From Auanema rhodensis (Eukaryota; Animalia; Nematoda): a stretch of 64,000 nt of DNA. The notes below the pieces were generated by a model. The model had not been told where the DNA came from. It ran no database searches and saw nothing but the letters and a program-made list of their open reading frames with translations. This document shows positions 53,001-64,000 of this stretch, piece by piece. The stretch lies in contig OZ059894.1 in NCBI GenBank assembly GCA_964057225.1, forward strand, positions 1,612,001 through 1,676,000, written 5' to 3'. Numbering within the stretch: the first letter of the stretch is position 1; the number at the start of each line of letters is the position of its first letter. Made by a program: the position numbers and the translations under genes.

Positions 53001-56000
53001 AGAAACGCTTAATACAAAAATTAGTTATGGTCGTTTGAAAAATGATGCATTAGTGTATGTTGAGTTTCCATGTACACTCAACATAGCTTCCAAAAACATT
53101 TTGACAAAAATTTTTTCGAAAAATTTCAAAATAATTTAGCAGAAAGTAGATGTTTTTAGATTCCTTTTTTTAAGGCGAAGACGATGGACATTGTTATTCA
53201 ACGAAAAAATTAATTCTTCAGGGTGAAAATCGAGGATATAAGTGTGAACTTATATCAGTTGATATCTCGGTGCATTTTTAAGCTAGCGCAAATCTGATAA
53301 CACAGATCGACGCAGCTTGAAAATCCGCATCGAATGCACTATACTACATTGAGAAACGCTTAATACAAAAATTAGTTATGATCGTTTGAAAAATGATGCA
53401 TTAGTGTATGTTGAGTTTCCATGTACACTCAACATAGCTTCCAAAAACATTTTGACAAAAATTTTTTCGAAAAATTTCAAAATAATTTAGCAGAAAGTAG
53501 ATGTTTTTAGATTCCTTTTTTTAAGGCAAAGACGATGGACAATGTTATTCAACGAAAAAATTAATTCTTCAGGGTGAAAATCGAGGATATAAGTGTGAAC
53601 TTATATCAGTTGATATCTCGGTGCATTTTTAAGCTAGCGCAAATCTGATAACACAGATCGACGCAGCTTGAAAATCCGCATCGAATGCACTATACTACTT
53701 TGAGAAACGCTTAATACAAAAATTAGTTATGATCGTTTGAAAAATGATGCATTAGTGTATGTTGAGTTTCCATGTACACTCAACATAGCTTCCAAAAACA
53801 TTTTGACAAAAATTTTTTCGAAAAATTTCTAAATAATTTAGCAAAAAGTAGATGTTTTTAGATTCCTTTTTTTAAGGCAAAGACGATAGACAATGTTATT
53901 CAACGAAAAAATTAATTCTTCAGGGTGAAAATCGAGGATATAAGTGTGAACTTATATCAGTTGATATCTCGGTGCATTTTTAAGCTAGCGCAAATCTGAT
54001 AACACAGATCGACGCAGCTTGAAAATCCGCATCGAATGCACTATACTACTTTGAGAAACGCTTAATACAAAAATTAGTTATGATCGTTTGAAAAATGATG
54101 CATTAGTGTATGTTGAGTTTCCATGTACACTCAACATAGCTTCCAAAAACATTTTGACAAAAATTTTTTCGAAAAATTTCAAAATAATTTAGCAGAAAGT
54201 AGATGTTTTTAGATTCCTTTTTTTAAGGCAAAGACGATAGACAATGTTATTCAACGAAAAAATTAATTCTTCAGGGTGAAAATCGAGGATATAAGTGTGA
54301 ACTTATATCACTTGATATCTCGGTGCATTTTTAAGCTAGCGCAAATCTGATAACACAGATCGACGCAGCTTGAAAATCCGCATCGAATGCACTATACTAT
54401 TTTGAGAAACGCTTAATACAAAAATTAGTTATGATCGTTTGAAAAATGATGCATTAGTGTATGTTGAGTTTCCATGTACACTCAACATAGCTTCCAAAAA
54501 CATTTTGACAAAATTTTTTTCGAAAAATTTCAAAATAATTTAGCAGAAAGTAGATGTTTTTAGATTCCTTTTTTTAAGGCAATGACGACGGACAATGTTA
54601 TTCAACGAAAAAATTAATTCTTCAGGGTGAAAATCGAGGATATAAGTGTGAACTTATATCAGTTGATATCTCGGTGCATTTTTAAGCTAGCGCAAATCTG
54701 ATAACACAGATCGACGCAGCTTGAAAATCCGCATCGAATGCACTATACTACTTTGAGAAACGCTTAATACAAAAATTAGTTATGATCGTTTGAAAAATGA
54801 TGCATTAGTGTATGTTGAGTTTCCATGTACACTCAACATAGCATCCAAAAACATTTTGACAAAAATTTTTTCGAAAAATTTCTAAATAATTTAGCAAAAA
54901 GTAGATGTTTTTAGATTCCTTTTTTTAAGGCAAAGACGATAGACAATGTTATTCAACGAAAAAATTAATTCTTCAGGGTGAAAATCGAGGATATAAGTGT
55001 GAACTTATATCAGTTGATATCTCGGTGCATTTTTAAGCTAGCGCAAATCTGATAACACAGATCGACGCAGCTTGAAAATCCGCATCGAATGCATTATACT
55101 ACTTTGAGAAACGCTTAATACAAAAATTAGTTATGATCGTTTGAAAAATGATGCATTAGTGTATGTTGAGTTTCCATGTACACTCAACATAGCTTCCAAA
55201 AACATTTTGACAAAAATTTTTTCGAAAAATTTCAAAATAATTTAGCAGAAAGTAGATGTTTTTAGATTCCTTTTTTTAAGGCGAAGACGATGGACATTGT
55301 TATTCAACGAAAAAATTAATTCTTCAGGGTGAAAATCGAGGATATAAGTGTGAACTTATATCAGTTGATATCTCGGTGCATTTTTAAGCTAGCGCAAATC
55401 TGATAAAACAGATCGACGCAGCTTGAAAATCCGCATCGAATGCACTATACTACATTGAGAAACGCTTAATACAAAAATTAGTTATGAACGTTTGAAAAAT
55501 GATGCATTAGTGTATGTTGAGTTTCCATGTACACTCAACATAGCTTCCAAAAACATTTTGACAAAAATTTTTTCGAAAAATTTCAAAATAATTTAGCAGA
55601 AAGTAGATGTTTTTAGATTCCTTTTTTTAAGGCAAAGACGATGGACAATGTTATTCAACGAAAAAATTAATTCTTCAGGGTGAAAATCGAGGATATAAGT
55701 GTGAACTTATATCAGTTGATATCTCGGTGCATTTTTAAGCTAGCGCAAATCTGATAACACAGATCGACGCAGCTTGAAAATCCGCATCGAATGCACTATA
55801 CTACATTGAGTAACGCTTAATACAAAAATTAGTTATGATCGTTTGAAAAATGATGCATTAGTGTATGTTGAGTTTCCATGTACACTCAACATAGCTTCCA
55901 AAAACATTTTGACAAAATTTTTTTCGAAAAATTTCAAAATAATTTAGCAGAAAGTAGATGTTTTTAGATTCCTTTTTTTAAGGCAATGACGACGGACAAT

Positions 56001-59000
56001 GTTATTCAACGAAAAAATTAATTCTTCAGGGTGAAAATCGAGGATATAAGTGTGAACTTATATCAGTTGATATCTCGGTGCATTTTTAAGCTAGCGCAAA
56101 TCTGATAACACAGATCGACGCAGCTTGAAAATCCGCATCGAATGCACTATACTACTTTGAGAAACGCTTAATACAAAAATTAGTTATGATCGTTTGAAAA
56201 ATGATGCATTAGTGTATGTTGAGTTTCCATGTACACTCAACATAGCATCCAAAAACATTTTGACAAAAATTTTTTCGAAAAATTTCTAAATAATTTAGCA
56301 AAAAGTAGATGTTTTTAGATTCCTTTTTTTAAGGCAAAGACGATAGACAATGTTATTCAACGAAAAAATTAATTCTTCAGGGTGAAAATCGAGGATATAA
56401 GTGTGAACTTATATCAGTTGATATCTCGGTGCATTTTTAAGCTAGCGCAAATCTGATAACACAGATCGACGCAGCTTGAAAATCCGCATCGAATGCACTA
56501 TACTACATTGAGAAACGCTTAATACAAAAATTAGTTATGATCGTTTGAAAAATGATGCATTAGTGTATGTTGAGTTTCCATGTACACTCAACATAGCTTC
56601 CAAAAACATTTTGACAAAAATTTTTTCGAAAAATTTCAAAATAATTTAGCAGAAAGTAGATGTTTTTAGATTCCTTTTTTTAAGGCAAAGACGATGGACA
56701 ATGTTATTCAACGAAAAAATTAATTCTTCAGGGTGAAAATCGAGGATATAAGTGTGAACTTATATCAGTTGATATCTCGGTGCATTTTTAAGCTAGCGCA
56801 AATCTGATAACACAGATCGACGCAGCTTGAAAATCCGCATCGAATGCACTATACTACTTTGAGAAACGCTTAATACAAAAATTAGTTATGATCGTTTGAA
56901 AAATGATGCATTAGTGTATGTTGAGTTTCCATGTACACTCAACATAGCTTCCAAAAACATTTTGACAAAAATTTTTTCGAAAAATTTCTAAATAATTTAG
57001 CAAAAAGTAGATGTTTTTAGATTCCTTTTTTTAAGGCAAAGACGATAGACAATGTTATTCAACGAAAAAATTAATTCTTCAGGGTGAAAATCGAGGATAT
57101 AAGTGTGAACTTATATCAGTTGATATCTCGGTGCATTTTTAAGCTAGCGCAAATCTGATAACACAGATCGACGCAGCTTGAAAATCCGCATCGAATGCAC
57201 TATACTACTTTGAGAAACGCTTAATACAAAAATTAGTTATGATCGTTTGAAAAATGATGCATTAGTGTATGTTGAGTTTCCATGTACACTCAACATAGCT
57301 TCCAAAAACATTTTGACAAAAATTTTTTCGAAAAATTTCAAAATAATTTAGCAGAAAGTAGATGTTTTTAGATTCCTTTTTTTAAGGCAAAGACGATAGA
57401 CAATGTTATTCAACGAAAAAATTAATTCTTCAGGGTGAAAATCGAGGATATAAGTGTGAACTTATATCACTTGATATCTCGGTGCATTTTTAAGCTAGCG
57501 CAAATCTGATAACACAGATCGACGCAGCTTGAAAATCCGCATTGAATGCACTATACTACTTTGAGAAACGCTTAATACAAAAATTAGTTATGATCGTTTG
57601 AAAAATGATGCATTAGTGTATGTTGAGTTTCCATGTACACTCAACATAGCTTCCAAAAACATTTTGACAAAATTTTTTTCGAAAAATTTCAAAATAATTT
57701 AGCAGAAAGTAGATGTTTTTAGATTCCTTTTTTTAAGGCAATGACGACGGACAATGTTATTCAACGAAAAAATTAATTCTTCAGGGTGAAAATCGAGGAT
57801 ATAAGTGTGAACTTATATCAGTTGATATCTCGGTGCATTTTTAAGCTAGCGCAAATCTGATAACACAGATCGACGCAGCTTGAAAATCCGCATCGAATGC
57901 ACTATACTACTTTGAGAAACGCTTAATACAAAAATTAGTTATGATCGTTTGAAAAATGATGCATTAGTGTATGTTGAGTTTCCATGTACACTCAACATAG
58001 CATCCAAAAACATTTTGACAAAAATTTTTTCGAAAAATTTCTAAATAATTTAGCAAAAAGTAGATGTTTTTAGATTCCTTTTTTTAAGGCAAAGACGATA
58101 GACAATGTTATTCAACGAAAAAATTAATTCTTCAGGGTGAAAATCGAGGATATAAGTGTGAACTTATATCAGTTGATATCTCGGTGCATTTTTAAGCTAG
58201 CGCAAATCTGATAACACAGATCGACGCAGCTTGAAAATCCGCATCGAATGCATTATATTACTTTGAGAAACGCTTAATACAAAAATTAGTTATGATCGTT
58301 TGAAAAATGATGCATTAGTGTATGTTGAGTTTCCATGTACACTCAACATAGCTTCCAAAAACATTTTGACAAAAATTTTTTCGAAAAATTTCAAAATAAT
58401 TTAGCAGAAAGTAGATGTTTTTAGATTCCTTTTTTTAAGGCGAAGACGATGGACATTGTTATTCAACGAAAAAATTAATTCTTCAGGGTGAAAATCGAGG
58501 ATATAAGTGTGAACTTATATCAGTTGATATCTCGGTGCATTTTTAAGCTAGCGCAAATCTGATAACACAGATCGACGCAGCTTGAAAATCCGCATCGAAT
58601 GCACTATACTACTTTGAGAAACGCTTAATACAAAAATCAGTTATGATCGTTTGAAAAATGATGCATTAGTGTATGTTGAGTTTCCATGTACACTCAACAT
58701 TGCTTCCAAAAACATTTTGACAAAAATTTTTTCGAAAAATTTCAAAATAATTTAGCAAAAAGTAGATGTTTTTAGATTCCTTTTTTCAAGGCGAAGACGA
58801 TGGACAATGTTATTCAACGAAAAAATTAATTCTTCAGGGTGAAAATCGAGGATATAAGTGTGAACTTATATCAGTTGATATCTCGGTGCATTTTTAAGCT
58901 AGCGCAAATCTGATAACACAGATCGACGCAGCTTGAAAATCCGCATCGAATGCACTATACTACTTTGAGAAACGCTTAATACAAAAATTAGTTATGATCG

Positions 59001-62000
59001 TTTGAAAAATGATGCATTAGTGTATGTTGAGTTTCCATGTACACTCAACATAGCTTCCAAAAACATTTTGACAAAATTTTTTTCGAAAAATTTCAAAATA
59101 ATTTAGCAGAAAGTAGATGTTTTTAGATTCCTTTTTTAAGGCAAAGACGACGGACAATGTTATTCAACGAAAAAATTAATTCTTCAGGGTGAAAATCGAG
59201 AATATAAGTGTGAACTTATATCAGTTGATATCTCGGTGCATTTTTAAGCTAGCGCAAATCTGATAACACAGATCGACGCAGCTTGAAAATCCGCATCGAA
59301 TGCACTATACTACTTTGAGAAACGCTTAATACAAAAATTAGTTATGATCGTTTGAAAAATGATGCATTAGTGTATGTTGAGTTTCCATGTACACTCAACA
59401 TAGCTTCCAAAAACATTTTGACAAAATTTTTTTCGAAAAATTTCAAAATAATTTAGCAGAAAGTAGATGTTTTTAGATTCCTTTTTTAAGGCAAAGACGA
59501 CGGACAATGTTATTCAACGAAAAAATTAATTCTTCAGGGTGAAAATCGAGGATATAAGTGTGAACTTATATCAGTTGATATCTCGGTGCATTTTTAAGCT
59601 AGCGCAAATCTGATAACACAGATCGACGCAGCTTGAAAATCCGCATCGAATGCACTATACTACTTTGAGAAACGCTTAATACAAAAATTAGTTATGATCG
59701 TTTGAAAAATGATGCATTAGTGTATGTTGAGTTTCCATGTACACTCAACATAGCTTCCAAAAACATTTTGACAAAAATTTTTTCGAAAAATTTCAAAATA
59801 ATTTAGCAGAAAGTAGATGTTTTTAGATTCCTTTTCTTAAGGCAAAGACGATAGACAATGTTATTCAACGAAAAAATTAATTCTTCAGGGTGAAAATCGA
59901 GGATATAAGTGTGAACTTATATCACTTGATATCTCGGTGCATTTTTAAGCTAGCGCAAATCTGATAACACAGATCGACGCAGCTTGAAAATCCGCATCGA
60001 ATGCATTATACTACTTTGAGAAACGCTTAATACAAAAATTAGTTATGATCGTTTGAAAAATGATGCATTAGTGTATGTTGAGTTTCCATGTACACTCAAC
60101 ATAGCTTCCAAAAACATTTTGACAAAATTTTTTTCGAAAAATTTCAAAATAATTTAGCAGAAAGTAGATGTTTTTAGATTCCTTTTTTTAAGGCAAAGAC
60201 GACGGACAATGTTATTCAACGAAAAAATTAATTCTTCAGGGTGAAAATCGAGGATATAAGTGTGAACTTATATCAGTTGATATCTCGGTGCATTTTTAAG
60301 CTAGCGCAAATCTGATAACACAGATCGACGCAGCTTGAAAATCCGCATCGAATGCACTATACTACTTTGAGAAACGCTTAATACAAAAATTAGTTATGAT
60401 CGTTTGAAAAATGATGCATTAGTGTATGTTGAGTTTCCATGTACACTCAACATAGCTTCCAAAAACATTTTGACAAAAATTTTTTTGAAAAATTTCTAAA
60501 TAATTTAGCGAAAAGTAGATGTTTTTAGATTCCTTTTTTTAAGGCAAAGACGATAGACAATGTTATTCAACGAAAAAATTAATTCTTCAGGGTGAAAATC
60601 GAGGATATAAGTGTGAACTTATATCAGTTGATATCTCGGTGCATTTTTAAGCTAGCGCAAATCTGATAACACAGATCGACGCAGCTTGAAAATCCGCATC
60701 GAATGCACTATACTACTTTGAGAAACGCTTAATACAAAAATTAGTTATGATCGTTTGAAAAATGATGCATTAGTGTATGTTGAGTTTCCATGTACACTCA
60801 ACATAGCTTCCAAAAACATTTTGACAAAAATTTTTTCGAAAAATTTCAAAATAATTTAGCAGAAAGTAGATGTTTTTAGATTCCTTTTTTTAAGGCAAAG
60901 ACGATAGACAATGTTATTCAACGAAAAAATTAATTCTTCAGGGTGAAAATCGAGGATATAAGTGTGAACTTATATCACATGATATCTCGGTGCATTTTTA
61001 AGCTAGCGCAAATCTGATAACACAGATCGACGCAGCTTGAAAATCCGCATCGAATGCACTATACTACTTTGAGAAACGCTTAATACAAAAATTAGTTATG
61101 ATCGTTTGAAAAATGATGCATTAGTGTATGTTGAGTTTCCATGTACACTCAACATAGCTTCCAAAAACATTTTGACAAAATTTTTTTCGAAAAATTTCAA
61201 AATAATTTAGCAGAAAGTAGATGTTTTTAGATTCCTTTTTTTAAGGCAATGACGACGGACAATGTTATTCAACGAAAAAATTAATTCTTCAGGGTGAAAA
61301 TCGAGGATATAAGTGTGAACTTATATCAGTTGATATCTCGGTGCATTTTTAAGCTAGCGCAAATCTGATAACACAGATCGACGCAGCTTGAAAATCCGCA
61401 TCGAATGCACTATACTACTTTGAGAAACGCTTAATACAAAAATTAGTTATGATCGTTTGAAAAATGATGCATTAGTGTATGTTGAGTTTCCATGTACACT
61501 CAACATAGCATCCAAAAACATTTTGACAAAAATTTTTTCGAAAAATTTCTAAATAATTTAGCAAAAAGTAGATGTTTTTAGATTCCTTTTTTTAAGGCAA
61601 AGACGATAGACAATGTTATTCAACGAAAAAATTAATTCTTCAGGGTGAAAATCGAGGATATAAGTGTGAACTTATATCAGTTGATATCTCGGTGCATTTT
61701 TAAGCTAGCGCAAATCTGATAACACAGATCGACGCAGCTTGAAAATCCGCATCGAATGCATTATACTACTTTGAGAAACGCTTAATACAAAAATTAGTTA
61801 TGATCGTTTGAAAAATGATGCATTAGTGTATGTTGAGTTTCCATGTACACTCAACATAGCTTCCAAAAACATTTTGACAAAAATTTTTTCGAAAAATTTC
61901 AAAATAATTTAGCAGAAAGTAGATGTTTTTAGATTCCTTTTTTTAAGGCGAAGACGATGGACTTTGTTATTCAACGAAAAAATTAATTCTTCAGGGTGAA

Positions 62001-64000
62001 AATCGAGGATATAAGTGTGAACTTATATCAGTTGATATCTCGGTGCATTTTTAAGCTAGCGCAAATCTGATAACACAGATCGACGCAGCTTGAAAATCCG
62101 CATCGAATGCACTATACTACTTTGAGAAACGCTTAATACAAAAATTAGTTATGATCGTTTGAAAAATGATGCATTAGTGTATGTTGAGTTTCCATGTACA
62201 CTCAACATAGCTTCCAAAAACATTTTGACAAAATTTTTTTCGAAAAATTTCAAAATAATTTAGCAGAAAGTAGATGTTTTTAGATTCCTTTTTTTAAGGC
62301 AATGACGACGGACAATGTTATTCAACGAAAAAATTAATTCTTCAGGGTGAAAATCGAGGATATAAGTGTGAACTTATATCAGTTGATATCTCGGTGCATT
62401 TTTAAGCTAGCGCAAATCTGATAACACAGATCGACGCAGCTTGAAAATCCGCATCGAATGCACTATACTACTTTGAGAAACGCTTAATACAAAAATTAGT
62501 TATGATCGTTTGAAAAATGATGCATTAGTGTATGTTGAGTTTCCATGTACACTCAACATAGCATCCAAAAACATTTTGACAAAAATTTTTTCGAAAAATT
62601 TCTAAATAATTTAGCAAAAAGTAGATGTTTTTAGATTCCTTTTTTTAAGGCAAAGACGATAGACAATGTTATTCAACGAAAAAATTAATTCTTCAGGGTG
62701 AAAATCGAGGATATAAGTGTGAACTTATATCAGTTGATATCTCGGTGCATTTTTAAGCTAGCGCAAATCTGATAACACAGATCGACGCAGCTTGAAAATC
62801 CGCATCGAATGCATTATACTACTTTGAGAAACGCTTAATACAAAAATTAGTTATGATCGTTTGAAAAATGATGCATTAGTGTATGTTGAGTTTCCATGTA
62901 CACTCAACATAGCTTCCAAAAACATTTTGACAAAAATTTTTTCGAAAAATTTCAAAATAATTTAGCAGAAAGTAGATGTTTTTAGATTCCTTTTTTTAAG
63001 GCGAAGACGATGGACATTGTTATTCAACGAAAAAATTAATTCTTCAGGGTGAAAATCGAGGATATAAGTGTGAACTTATATCAGTTGATATCTCGGTGCA
63101 TTTTTAAGCTAGCGCAAATCTGATAACACAGATCGACGCAGCTTGAAAATCCGCATCGAATGCACTATACTACATTGAGAAACGCTTAATACAAAAATTA
63201 GTTATGATCGTTTGAAAAATGATGCATTAGTGTATGTTGAGTTTCCATGTACACTCAACATAGCTTCCAAAAACATTTTGACAAAAATTTTTTCGAAAAA
63301 TTTCAAAATAATTTAGCAGAAAGTAGATGTTTTTAGATTCCTTTTTTTAAGGCAAAGACGATGGACAATGTTATTCAACGAAAAAATTAATTCTTCAGGG
63401 TGAAAATCGAGGATATAAGTGTGAACTTATATCAGTTGATATCTCGGTGCATTTTTAAGCTAGCGCAAATCTGATAACACAGATCGACGCAGCTTGAAAA
63501 TCCGCATCGAATGCACTATACTACTTTGAGAAACGCTTAATACAAAAATTAGTTATGATCGTTTGAAAAATGATGCATTAGTGTATGTTGAGTTTCCATG
63601 TACACTCAACATAGCTTCCAAAAACATTTTGACAAAAATTTTTTCGAAAAATTTCTAAATAATTTAGCAAAAAGTAGATGTTTTTAGATTCCTTTTTTTA
63701 AGGCAAAGACGATAGACAATGTTATTCAACGAAAAAATTAATTCTTCAGGGTGAAAATCGAGGATATAAGTGTGAACTTATATCAGTTGATATCTCGGTG
63801 CATTTTTAAGCTAGCGCAAATCTGATAACACAGATCGACGCAGCTTGAAAATCCGCATCGAATGCACTTTACTACTTTGAGAAACGCTTAATACAAAAAT
63901 TAGTTATGATCGTTTGAGAAATGATGCATTAGTGTATGTTGAGTTTCCATGTACACTCAACATAGCTTCCAAAAACATTTTGACAAAAATTTTTTCGAAA
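47040..64000 (+). repeat. Variant domain B: A79/A123/T165 monomers organised as a variable ~6-mer (2106-bp) higher-order repeat
   Basis: Recurrent order: [A180+C252], [T104+T173+C179], [A82+T122+A180+T333], [G171+T185], [plain], [T122+A180]. Full copies at 48444-50549 and 51954-54059, truncated copies after that. Confidence 0.8.

Larger units (their letters stand above)
1..64000 (+). repeat. Tandem satellite DNA array, 351-bp monomer, ~182.3 head-to-tail copies, extending past both window edges
   Basis: GCTTAATACAAAAATTAG recurs at 1, 352, 703 ... 3511 (10x351+1) ... 63886. Phase shifts occur only at +2 bp (~6151), +1 bp (6681-6686, 15808-15813, 35114-35119) and -1 bp (~59132, ~59482). No inversion or foreign sequence was seen. 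Confidence 0.99.

Noticed and set aside
1-64000. Repeat-protein CDS (351 = 117 codons)
   Set aside because: All six frames contain stops in every monomer, e.g. TAA 4-6, TAG 131-133 and TGA 30-32 on +, and TTA at 3, 19 and 44 giving minus-strand stops. No read-through ORF exists.
1-64000. CRISPR array or other repeat-spacer system with palindromic repeats
   Set aside because: There are no unique spacers. The sequence between hairpins is as conserved as the hairpins, and no cas or other gene is present.
1-64000. Sequencing concatemer or rolling-circle artefact
   Set aside because: Variants form consistent linked haplotypes in an ordered hierarchy with very few indels, unlike random read error on a single template. 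Local copy number could still be mis-assembled.

Overview
The whole 64-kb window is one uninterrupted head-to-tail array of a 351-bp AT-rich satellite-type monomer, about 32% GC by hand count. It holds 182 complete copies plus a 115-bp partial copy starting at 63886, all in one orientation and differing from each other at only a few substitutions. I find no protein-coding gene (every monomer has stop codons in all six frames), no RNA gene, no CRISPR array, no transposon insertion and no unique sequence. It looks like eukaryotic (peri)centromeric or heterochromatic satellite DNA, but I cannot name the organism or family. The structure of interest lies at two levels. (1) Each monomer is densely packed with dyad symmetry, including a ~67-nt, 26-bp hairpin and a 9-bp stem closed by a GNRA-type loop, both in the least variable half. 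(2) The order of SNP variants records higher-order repeats: dimer alternation, 1- to 6-mer local duplications, an emerging 6-mer HOR at 48-64 kb, and a long ordered cassette that recurs at ~9 kb and ~19 kb offsets. Notation: 'pos' is the position within a monomer, and monomer 1 = window 1-351. Variant calls were read by eye.
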